Positions 25,769 through 36,594 of a stretch of DNA of 64,000 bases are shown piece after piece. Positions within the stretch are counted from its first letter, which is position 1, and the number at the start of each line of letters is the position of its first letter. The position numbers and the translations under genes were made by a program. Origin of the DNA: Dendrobates tinctorius (taxonomy: Eukaryota); contig NW_027361891.1 of the NCBI RefSeq assembly GCF_039654945.1, positions 4,278,001 to 4,342,000 of the forward strand, in the 5' to 3' direction. The notes under the pieces were generated by a model that was not told where the DNA came from, ran no database searches, and saw only the letters and a list, made by a program, of their open reading frames with translations.

Positions 25769-26701
25769 CGAGTGAAAAGAACATTTGTGGGAAAAATTTG
25801 ATTTTTTAGTTCCACGACTTTTCACCAAAGCATCTGGGAGTTCAATGTACTCACCACACATCTAGACAAATTCCATGAGTTGTCTAGTTTCCAAAATGGG
25901 GTCACTTGTGGCGTAGCGGAGATGGGGGTGTTCTACTATTTAGGTACATCAGGGGGTCTCCAAACATTGCGCCCGCTTTCATTTCCAGCCATTTTAGTGT
26001 TCAAAAGGTTAAACGGTACTCCTTCCTTTCTAAGCCCTAGAGTGCGCTAAAACATCTTTCCCCTCACATATGAGTTATCAGCATACTCAGGAGAAATTGC
26101 ACAACAAATTTTAGTGTCCATTTTCTCCTGTTATCCTTGTGAAAATAAAAAAACTTTTGTGAAAAAAGTAAAAATATTCATTTTTTTTCCCCACCTCATT
26201 GCTTCAGTTCCAGTGAAACTCCTGAAGTGTTAATATACTTTTTGAATGTGGTTTTGAGGGGTGCAGTTTTTAGATTGGTGTCACTTTTGGATATTTTCTG
26301 TGATATAGACCCCTTAAAGTCACTTCAAATGGTTCTCATTTTTCCAACAAAATTTACAGAAATTGCTGATAGGAAGTTAGAAGGGCTAAAAATTTAACAA
26401 AAAAAAAAATATGTTTCAAAAATTGTGCTGATGTAAAGTAGACATGTGGTAAATGGTTTAAGAGCATAAAAATTAAAAGTTTGAAACTTGTGAAATTTTA
26501 ATATTTTTTGCCAAATTTGTGGGTTTTTTTTGACAAATAAATGCAATTAATATCAAACAAATTTTACCATTACCATGAAGACCAATATGTCACGAGAAAA
26601 TCTGAGAATCAGTGGGATCTGTTGAAGAATTCCAGAGTCACACTGGTCTGAATTGTAAAATTTGCTTGGTCATGAAAATGAAAACAGGCTTTACATGTTA
26701 A
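23321..26701 (+). mobile_element. piggyBac DNA transposon fossil (PGBD4-like transposase remnants)
   Basis: Starts ttaa-ccccttaacga. Remnants LLDQGYYLYVDNFYTSIPL, ILVVKYKDK.D..FLTTIH, KMWYTKLAV, and the C-terminal Cys-rich domain CRVC..G.RKDT.W.C..C..KPCLC....F..YH. Many indels. Confidence 0.85.
23553..23738. mobile_element. hAT-type palindromic MITE
   Basis: cagtg...cactg ends, near-full hairpin, perfect 8-bp TSD ccttaaac. Confidence 0.9.
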
Positions 26702-26820
26702 GAAAAATATTGATTACCTTTGAATAGGATAATAATCGGATTGAAGATGTCAAAGTATCATTTTATTCAGCTTTCTATGATCTGAATGCCCATATAGACG
26801 GCTCAGGAGGGTTGACCCTA

Positions 26821-27476
26821 TCACGTAGCATTTTTAAACGCGCGATTTTGCAGCAAAAACGCGAAAAATAAGCATCCCATGCATTCTTATGGGATTCCGC
26901 AATGCTGTGCTAATGCTGCGTTTTTTTCCGCTGCGGAATCGCTTCGCGGTAAGAAACGCAGCATGCTCATTAATTTAGCGGAATCGCGGCGATCCTGCAC
27001 CCATAGGAATGCATTGTTCTGCTTACTCTCAGCATGTGGCTGTGCACACCATGCGAAAAGTAAGCAGAACATTTGCGGATGGTACCCACAGTCCGGAGGA
27101 GAGGACACCATCGCGGTCATTCTCGCAAAGGATTACTGGGACCGGGAGCGTGGAGAGGACGCCGGAAGGTAAGAATAACAATATTTTTTCTATTATTTTT
27201 TACATTCTATCTTTTACTACTGATGCTGCATAGGCACCATCAGTAGTAAAAAGTTGGTCACACTCGTCAAACAGTTTGACGAGTGTGACCAACCTGTCAA
27301 TCAGTTCTCCAAGCGATGCTACAGATCGCTTGGAAAAAGCTAGCATTCTGCAAGCTAATTACGCTTGCAAAGCGCTAGTTTTTCCACGGGAACATCGCGG
27401 CAATTTAAAATGCTATTTTCCCGCGGAATGGAATCCGGAATTCTCGCTGTGAGTTCCGCTACGTGTGCACATAGCA
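26821..27476. mobile_element. Harbinger-like MITE fragment
   Basis: Right end acgtgtgcacatagca-tta; repeated ccgc/gcgg subterminal motifs and internal palindromes. Confidence 0.55.
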
Positions 27477-28119
27477 TTAAAGCAGTCGAACTCTTCATAG
27501 GCGGAAAAAAAACAACTGAGCTTTCCTTATCCTTCCTGGGTCTACCTCCATATCTCCCTGCTCGCAGCAATAATGTCATGTAGACAGCACCCAAATGCTG
27601 CGCTTCTGCTAATCTACACGGCATGACTCGCTGAGTTCAATGTTTGGCTGCAGCACTATCGATGTGATGTCACCGCTGCATCCAATCACTGAGTTCAGCG
27701 GCTATAATTTACATTGGCATAACCGCTAATCTCGGTAATTTGCCGTAGTGCAGTCTTGACGCCATAGCAGCAGCTAAACTACAGAGACTGGGCGAGTGGC
27801 GGTGACAGCGATGGACCCAGAGAGGATAAGTAAATACAGTTTTTCTTTTTTAGAAGCAACACAGCCTGTGAACAGGAACTACCCTTTACTTTTTTTCCCC
27901 CATTGCCACCATAGGGAACTATTTATTCACATTGTTCTGGATCTTCTAATAATATGATAAAGAACAGAACATAAGTACAGTATGAACAATGCCTAATTTG
28001 GGGGACACATGCATTTGGTAACGCGGTCACAGCTGATGCGCAGTGTACTTGGTGAATGATTGGTACTGTTGTGGCCCACTGCAGTACAGCGTTTATGTCG
28101 CCTTTATAAATGTACTTAC

Positions 28120-28310
28120 TTTCCTCATATCGCAGACCATGGACGGTCATCATTTCCCGAGTTACCACAAAAATAGGATTTTCTTCTGTAGTCACAGGGA
28201 AATGCTGGGCTAGTCTGACGGGCTCTAGAAGTCTGCCTTCATAAAGCAGCTCCTGGTTCTGAGACGGGATCTTTGTCTGTTTGTACACCAAGTCATGGAA
28301 CTCTGTAGGC
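28120..28310 (-). CDS. TBK1: TBK1 exon 9 equivalent (ubiquitin-like domain)
   Basis: Encodes [63 protein letters not shown]. Borders ttttcag| and |gtaagt; 191 bp, two codons shorter than the human segment. Confidence 0.94.
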
Positions 28311-30053
28311 CTGAAAACAACAACACACAATATTCCAGGGTGAGCACAACATTCACTTCCACTTGGGAGTCATTTGCAATTGTTTTTTTCCTAACAGTGT
28401 GTACATCACAAATAATGAGGAAAAAAATGAGAATACATGGATCAGAATACTTTGTGCTGTGTCCAGCATCATCTGCTTAAAAAGGGAAAATGCAATCAAA
28501 AACGACTGACAATAATAATAATAATATATTCTGCAGCACTTTACATTTCAGAGGGGACTTGTACAGACAATAGACATTACAGCATAACAATAATCACATA
28601 GATCATAACAGATACCAAGAGGAATGAGGGCCCTGCTCACAAGCTTACAATCTATGAGGAAAGTGGTAGACACGAAAGGTGGGTGGTAACAATTGCCCTG
28701 ATTGTATGGACCAGCCATAATGTTAAGTGTGTAACAGTACAGACACAGAGGGCTAATGGATGCATAAAGCATGTGGGAACATGATGCGGGGAACCTGGTT
28801 ATGGTACTCAGGAGCAGTTAGACATTTTTTAGGACAACTTGAGGGGAAATTGAATAGCTTTCGTTTTTTTGAGATAGAGAGAATTAAAACTCCTAAGCGT
28901 GGTGGTAGCTGGCAACAAATTATACATGAGAAGTTTTTTGGATTGTCACACTAGACACTAAACAGCCTAAGGCAGTGATGGCGAACCTTTTAGAGACCGA
29001 GTGCCCAAACTGCAATCTAAAACCCACTTATTTATCACAAAGCTCCAACACGGCAATTTAACCAGAATACTGAGGTTTTAGATTAGAAAAACTCTTACAT
29101 TAGCGTGCTATAGCGTCTAGAAAAGAGCTTGTAAGCGCTGCACTGCAAGCTTAAAATACTAGCCACTGATTGCAGTGGAGGTCTGTTCTTGAGAATGAAG
29201 GGGATTTTTAGTCAAAAGTAAAATTGACATAGGCGGACTCACCAATTTTATAATTTAAATAATAGTGCACGCAGAGAAGAGAAGGGTAGGGTAGGAATGG
29301 GGAGGGTAAGGGTATATGGGGATACAATTTCTTTATGACATGTTGATTAGTGCTGTTCAGATGCACTGTTATAACTATAATTTCATGTAGTTATCTGCTT
29401 TAGTCACTGTCACTTCCACATGCTTGAGAATGGAATACATCCAGAACCGAACCGTCGCACATGGGCCAGTAAAGAACACATTATTATTGCTACATGGAGT
29501 ACTGTTTCAACTTTTTTTTATTCTATAATTTCATGTACTTATCTGCTTTAGCCACTGTCACTTCCACATGATTTGTTAAAAAGGAGATTTTTGTGTACTC
29601 ACCGTAAAATCTCTTTCTCTTAGCCTTTAATTGGGGGACACAGAACCTTGGTGTTATGCTGCTGTCCACTAGGAGGCGACACTATGCATAATCTGAAAAA
29701 AGATTAACTTTGGCTCCTCCTCTGCAGTATACACCCCTGGACGGCGTCAGCCTTCTCCAGTTTTGTGCCAAAGCATAAGGAGGAACGTAACCAAATAACA
29801 TAACCATGCCTGTAAGAAGGCTACTATGTACGAGCTCAAGAACAATATGAGAACTCAACAGGAAACAACGGCCCGTAAGGGCAACAGGGTGGGAGCTGTG
29901 TCCCCCAATTAAAGGCTAAGAGAAAGAGATTTTACTGTGAGTACACAAAAATCTCCTTTACTCTGTCGCCTAATTGGGGGACACAGAACCTTGGGACGTC
30001 CCAAAGCAGTCCCTGGGTGGGAAGCAGTGGACGAATATTGTGCTGACAGTCCC

Positions 30054-32975
30054 CTAGACTTGGGGTACTGCCGCCTGCAGAACCAGTCTACCCAGGCTCG
30101 CATCCGCTGAGGACTGGGTATGAACACTGTAGTGTTTCGTAAACGTGTGTAGGCTAGTCCAAGTGGCCGCCTCGCACACTTGTTGTGCCGAAGCCTGATG
30201 CCGAATGGCCCAGGTGGCCCCTACTGCCCATGTAGAGTGTGCCGTGATACCGGCCGGAAGAGGGGAACTGTTAAGTCGGTAGGCCTCATGTATGGTGGAC
30301 TTGATCCACCTGGCAAGGGTAGCCTTGGAAGCCGGCAACCCCTTGCGACTACCTTCCGTAAGAATGAAGAGGGAATCGGATTTCCGGAAAGGTGCAGTCC
30401 TGGACACGTAAATCCGCAATGCCCTGACTAGGTCAAGCGTATGCAGAGCCTTCTCCACTCTATGTACCGGAACCGGGCAAAGGGAAGGCAGTGAAATCTC
30501 TTCGTTAAGGTGAAAGTTGGACACAACCTTCGGAAGGAAGGATGGTACCGTGCGGAGAACCACCTTGTCCTGGTGAAAGGCTAGGAAAGGTCGTCTGCAG
30601 GAAAGTGCTGACAATTCCGACACTCTGCGTAACGAGGTGATAGCCACTAGAAAAACCACTTTCTGAGACAGAATGGAGAGTGGAACTTCTCTAAGAGGTT
30701 CGAAGGGTGGAGCTTGCAATGCTGTCAGGACCAGATTGAGGTCCCACGTATCCATCGGACGTTTGTAGGGAGGAACCAATCGGGAAACTCCCTGGATGAA
30801 AGTCCTTACTTGCGGTTTAATAGCAATGCGGTTTTGAAAAAGGACTGAAAGCGCCGACACCTGACTCTTAAGCGAACTTAAGGATAGCTTGGCATCTAGG
30901 CCCGATTGAAGAAAACCTAGTACCTTCGGGAGGGAATAAGGGAGTGGGACTTGTCCATGAGATTCGCACCAAGAAAAGAAGGCTCTCCAGGTACGATAAT
31001 AGAGCTTGGCAGAGGCAGGCTTCCTTGCCCTGATCATAGTTGCAATGACTGCGGGTGAAAAACCTGCCTGGGTTAGAATCCAGGTTTCAAGGGCCATGCC
31101 GTCAAATTGAGGGCCCCTGAATTCTGGTGGAAGAACGGACCTTGAGACAGAAGGTCGTGGCGGTCGGGTAGACGCCAGGGGGCGTCTGCTGTAAGTTGGA
31201 CGATGTCGGCGTACCAAGTACGTCTGGGCCAGTCTGGCGCGATGAGGATGGTCGGAACTCCCTCTTGCTTGACCTTCCTCACGACCCTGGCTATTAGGGG
31301 GAGGGGTGGAAAGATGTACAGGAGTCGGAACTGGGACCAGTCCTGGACCAGGGCATCCGCTCCGAGCGACCGCGGGTCGTGTGTCCTGGCCATGAAATTG
31401 GGAACCTTGGCATTGAGATGGGATGCCATTAGGTCCACATCCGGGGTTCCCCATCGTTGACAGATCTGGTAAAAAATCTCGGGATGGAGAGACCACTCCC
31501 CCGAGTCCATTCCTTGCCTGCTGAGGAAGTCGGCTTCCCAGTTTTCTACACCCGGAATGTGTACCGCAGAAAGAACCGACCTTGTGTCTTCCGCCCAGAA
31601 GGATATGAGCCACTTCTCTCATTGCCTGGGTGCTGCGGGTCCCGCCTTGGTGATTCACGTATGCCACAGCCGTGGCATTGTCCGACTGTATCCGTATGTG
31701 CGAGGCTGCAAGCAAGTGATGAAAGGCTCTCAGTGCCAAGAGAATGGCCCTGATTTCCAGAACATTGATGGGCAATGTCACTTCCCTCGGTGACCACTTG
31801 CCCTGTGCCCTGTGATGTAGGTGTACTGCCCCCCAGCCTGTCAGGCTTGCATCGGTAGTCAGGATCTTCCATTGTCCTGAGAGGAATGGCTTCCCTCGTG
31901 TAAGCGAGGTTGGTTTGAGCCACCAGTGCAGGGACCTCCTGGTCGATGACGTCAACCTGAACTCCCTGTCGAGGGAGAAGGGGTTCCTGTCCCAAGATCT
32001 GAGTATGGCTAGCTGAAGGACCCTGAGGTGAAACTGGGCAAATGGCACTGCCTCTATTGCTGCTGCCATCCTGCCGAGGATTCTCATGGCAAACCGGAGA
32101 GATCGAGGAGGACTGCGAAGGAGTGTGCGAACTCCCAGACGGATGGCCAGTGGCTTGTCCTTGGGAAGGAGCACCAGGCCCCTGGTGGTGTCGAATACCA
32201 TTCCCAGGAATGTTAGAGTCCGAGTTGGGATGGTCGACGATTTCTGTAGGTTGACTAGCCATCCCAGGCGACTCAGAGTGTCTAGAGTGATTGAGACACT
32301 GACCTCGCAGTCTTTGAAAGTGGGAGACTTGACGAGGAGGTCGTCCAGGTACGGGACGACTAGAATGCCTCTTGAGTGCAGGACGTCCATGGTGGCCGCC
32401 ATGACTTTGGTGAACGTTCTTGGAGCCGTGGCGAGTCCGAACGGAAGGGCGACAAACTGGTAGTGGTTTTGGTTGACCGCGAACCTGAGAAACCTTTGGT
32501 GGGCGGGAGCAATTGGTATGTGGAGATACGCATCCTGTATGTCTATGGAGGCGAGGAATTCTCCCTGCTCCATGGATGCAACGATGGACCGGAGGGACTC
32601 CATGCGGAAATGACGGACCCGTACGTAATTGTTGAGCTGTTTTAGGTCCAGTATGGGTCGGACGCCGCCTCCTTTCTTGGGGACTACAAACAAATTTGAG
32701 TAGAATCCTCGGAATCTCTCGTTCGCGGGAACCGGCACCACAACTCCTGATTGAAGGAGAGAGGAAACCGCTTGGTGGAAGACACGAGCCTTTTCTGGTG
32801 GTGTTGGAGGAACAGAAAGGAAGAACCGGTTCGGTGGAACGGAAGTGAACTCTATCTTGTATCCGGAAGACACTATTTCCCTGACCCACCTGTCTTCTGT
32901 AATAGGCAGCCAGACTTGCTGAAAGAGTAAAAGTCGGCCGCCTACTGGTGGGGTGTCTTCCGGAGGTCTCGAGTC
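30054..32975 (-). pseudogene. DIRS-C1 overlapping pol (RT-RNase H-MTase) and YR frames, joined by a frameshift
   Basis: The 939-aa ORF runs RT/RH, switches at HILL|GGRH into the overlapping frame, and ends in YR (RRVSEL; HSTW in place of HSTR). The MTase part is in ORF 31073-31510. Confidence 0.9.
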
Positions 32976-34545
32976 ATGATGAAGTGAAGTTCTGAGGTTT
33001 TCCTCCCTTGGGTTTCGCTTGGCCTGCTTTCGACTGCCAAGCCATGTCCGGTCGCTGCTGCGTCCGTGGGTTGTCTCTGCGTGGAGAACGGTTGCGGTTT
33101 TGCACTGGGCGCGAAACGGACCAGCCCGAGGAATTCCGAAAGGATCGGAATCGCGTCTGGTTTCTTCGTTTAAACGTGCGTTTCGGTTTTAGTTGAGGGA
33201 GAGAGGTACTCTTACCCCCAGTGGCATTGGCTATCATGGTGTCCAACTTTTCGCCGAAAAGTCTACCAGTAGAATACGGAAGTCGCGTGAGGGACTTCTT
33301 TGAGGCCGCATCCGCTTTCCATTCTCGCAGCCAGAGGATGCGTCGGATCGTGATGGCGTTTGATGCTATTCCCGCTACACCTCTGGCGGAATCCAGGGCT
33401 GCATGAATCATGTAGTCTGCTACCACTGCCATCTGGACCGCTTGGTCCGAGAGTTCAGGATTTGAAGCCTGAAGACCCTCCTGTAGTCTTTTGGCCCAAG
33501 CTAGGATGGCCTTGGCTGCCCAAACTGAAGCAAACGCAGGGCCCAGAGAGGCGCCTGCCGCTTCGAAAATAGAACGAGCCATGCGTTCTACTTGCCGGTC
33601 TGCTGCGTCCCTGAGGGTTGAGCTATCCGGCAGAGAGAGTAAAGTCTGCGCTGCTAGCCTAGAAACCGGAGGGTCCACTTCAGGTGGATCTGCCCATTGT
33701 TTGGTGTCTTCCTGTGGGAAGGGGTACTTCGCTTCCAGATATTTGCGATTAGCGAATTTTTTGTCAGGCTGCGCAAACTGTTTGGTAAGTATTTTCTCAA
33801 ACTCATCGTGATTAGGGAAGACCTTAGGTGGTTTTTGAACACTTTCGAAGCAAATCCTATGTTCTGGGACTTCCGGGGGCGACTCTGGAATTTTTAGCAC
33901 CCGATGAATAGAAGAAATTATGTCCTCAACTAGCGCTGTATTGCTAGGGGGAGAAGGTACCACGGACCTGACCGTTTCATTATCTGAGTCGGAGTCACAG
34001 ATGCCCTCCGAATCCTGTGCCTCACTAAGGTGATCCCTGGAGGGCGACCTGGGGCGGGGGTCTTCTGTGGTGGGGGATCCCTGTGGTAAATTGCACTGTC
34101 TGTCTGTGGCAGGGGACTGCCCAGGAGACCTGGAATGACGCTGTCTCTCCCTAGAGGGGAACGACCTTGTGCTATAGTGCGACTCAGGTGATCGAGACCT
34201 GTGAGTCCGCTTACGTCTGTGAGAGTCGGAAGCAGCATGTTCCTGAGACAAGCTGTCCGTTTGCTGTGTACCGTCCATAGCCGGGGTCCGACTCTGCAGA
34301 GCTTGCAGCAATGTAGCAGTTAGGTTGTCTATGGACTGTGACATAGACTGAGACATCTGAGTTGCCCATTCCGGCGTGGCCTGTGACACTGAAGCGTCAG
34401 TAGGGACTCCCTGGGGTTCTGACCCAGAGTTCTGGATGCAGACCCGGCAGTGCGGATACGTGCTGCCACTAGGGAGCGTGGCTTTGCAGGCTGTGCAGAA
34501 TGCATAGAAACATTCCTGCCTGGTTCTCTTCCTTGAGCCCGGCAT
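32974..34545 (-). CDS. DIRS-C1 ORF1 (gag-like, 523 aa, intact)
   Basis: N-terminal CTAC-x12-CRVC, Ser/Pro/Arg-rich linker, conserved YPF...W..PP.VDPPVSRL, RRILWLREW, RLFG. Confidence 0.9.
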   Translation of the reverse strand: MPGSRKRTRQECFYAFCTACKATLPSGSTYPHCRVCIQNSGSEPQGVPTDASVSQATPEWATQMSQSMSQSIDNLTATLLQALQSRTPAMDGTQQTDSLSQEHAASDSHRRKRTHRSRSPESHYSTRSFPSRERQRHSRSPGQSPATDRQCNLPQGSPTTEDPRPRSPSRDHLSEAQDSEGICDSDSDNETVRSVVPSPPSNTALVEDIISSIHRVLKIPESPPEVPEHRICFESVQKPPKVFPNHDEFEKILTKQFAQPDKKFANRKYLEAKYPFPQEDTKQWADPPEVDPPVSRLAAQTLLSLPDSSTLRDAADRQVERMARSIFEAAGASLGPAFASVWAAKAILAWAKRLQEGLQASNPELSDQAVQMAVVADYMIHAALDSARGVAGIASNAITIRRILWLREWKADAASKKSLTRLPYSTGRLFGEKLDTMIANATGGKSTSLPQLKPKRTFKRRNQTRFRSFRNSSGWSVSRPVQNRNRSPRRDNPRTQQRPDMAWQSKAGQAKPKGGKPQNFTSS

Positions 34546-36594
34546 AGTGCACAGAGGCTGGCTATAAGGGATCGTGCAGGGGTGGCTACGCAGAGGGAAC
34601 CCACAGAAAGCCTTATAGGAAGTATAGATTCACAGCTGAGTAATGAGAACCCAGCTGTGAGCTTACCCCACCGGTGTGCCCCTAGGTCCAGCGCCGACAG
34701 ATCCAAGTTCTGTGCCCCCCGGAGACCGCTGTGATGCTTCTCTCCTGGATCTCATCCAGAAAAAATGGCCACCGGGGCTCTGAGGAGAGGGAGGAGGGGG
34801 CGGAGAGCTGAAGAGGGCGCGCTGGGCTGTGTAAAAACGCGCCCTTTCTGCCTCAATCCGCCCCTTCTATGACACTCCAGTGTGTCATTTTGGTCATCCG
34901 GGGGGGCGGGCCGGGGGGGCGGGGAAAAGGCGGCGGCTTCAGCTAGGCCGAAGCCGCGGTCTAAATTTGAAGCCTGATGCCCAGGAGGGCTCCAGAGCGG
35001 CGCGGTAGTCCGGGGGGGGGGGGGCGGATTTGTACCAGACCCCCCAGAACGGTCGACTGGATAGCGGTGGGGGTAGCAGGGGTAGCGGTTTTTGTATGGG
35101 GGGCCCCTGAAGGGCTATGGAGCCGCTGCTGCTGCAGAGACAGGGACGCAGCAAAAGTCCTGTTTCTGCTGTGCCATCCAGTCCGCACCCTCCCCCGGCC
35201 CCCACAGGATCCCTCAGCCGGCCTGGGGTCCCTGGAAGCTGCGGAATGCTGCCTGATCTCCGACCCTACCTGAGGCGTCTCAACCTAATACCCCCTGCGG
35301 GGGATTAGGGAGGGTGCGTCTGTCACCGTCAGGGGGTCTTCATCCTCGCCTCGACCTCAACCCAGACCCCTTAAGGGTGTTGGGGAAGGAGGGGGGTCTC
35401 TACCTCGAACCAGGACCCGAGGGACTGGGGAGGGAGCGACATGGGGAAAAAAACCACCTCAACCTCAACTGGGTACCCCTAATAGGGGACCGAGGAGGGA
35501 GCCATGCCGGGAGTCTCGCTGGAGACCCACTTTTCTTCATCTGTATTTCCGTGAAAAAAGGAAAAAAACGGAAGAAAAAAGGTGTGCCTCCTTGCGACAC
35601 TAAGCAAAAACTGGAGAAGGCTGACGCCGTCCAGGGGTGTATACTGCAGAGGAGGAGCCAAAGTTAATCTTTTTTCAGATTATGCATAGTGTCGCCTCCT
35701 AGTGGACAGCAGCATAACACCAAGGTTCTGTGTCCCCCAATTAGGCGACAGAGTAATGTACGGTTTATGTGTACTGATATAACTAAAAATTCAATAAATA
35801 GTTTCAAAAAGAAAATTAAAATTGATAAGTTATACACAAAGGGACAAAATTAAAAGCTTTGACGAAGTCGCGGGCAAACCTTGATATTTGTTAAAAAAAA
35901 AAAAAAGGTCTACAATTGAGGAAGTTTTTCCTTATCAAATAAAACGATTTTTACCAGCAGTAAAAAGCATATGGCCCAATGGCCTATGTGGTGCAGTAAC
36001 CTCTGTTAAAGCTAGGGGGCGCTGCATATGTGACTCAGAATATGCATGTGGGCATTTCCTTGATGGTGAAACAGTGACCGGCATGGTTGTAAACATCCAG
36101 TATGTGTCGCAGAGGTTCTCTGCGCTATAAGCCAAAATAGCGTTGTCATGCGGGGACTTACAGTCCACAAATTATTTACCTATAAGAGCGGCTTATAGGG
36201 CTAGTCAGAGAGCTGGGCGGGATCAGCTAGCCACATACACCGCCCACATATGGGGTGGTTTGGGATATATAATGTGACTGAGGTCTGATCACAGGGGTTG
36301 TGTGTTTGATCCTGAGTGGTCAGAGTCAGGGCTGTGGAGTCGGTAAGCCAAACCTGTGACTCCGACTCCTCAATTTCCCTTACACCGACTCCGACTCCCA
36401 CATATATTGCTTATATTTAAGTGAAAAATTTATTGTAGTACAATGTGAACATCAGACATTTAATCATTTCTATGATCCAATAATAAAGATATTTAGATAG
36501 AACATAATATCTATTTATTGGAATACAACTTTAGAACACAAAAAACTGTAATAAATTGTAAATATGTAATACACTGTATACATGAACATGTATA

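Larger units (their letters stand above)
23015..26820. mobile_element. T2-like MITE split by a piggyBac fossil
   Basis: Left arm 23015-23105 is complementary to 26750-26820; the piggyBac sits between them at a TTAA. Confidence 0.6.
29580..35756 (-). mobile_element. DIRS1-like retrotransposon, family C, copy 1
   Basis: ITRs at about 29629-29765 and 35603-35756; ICR at about 29895-29994 with a TTT junction; intact ORF1; a 2-bp deletion near 31597 relative to copy 2. Confidence 0.96.

Noticed and set aside
30054-32873. 939-aa RT-RNase H-recombinase fusion as a domesticated gene
   Set aside because: Produced by a copy-specific 2-bp deletion absent from the sister copy; it lacks an ATG start and has lost a catalytic Arg (HSTW).
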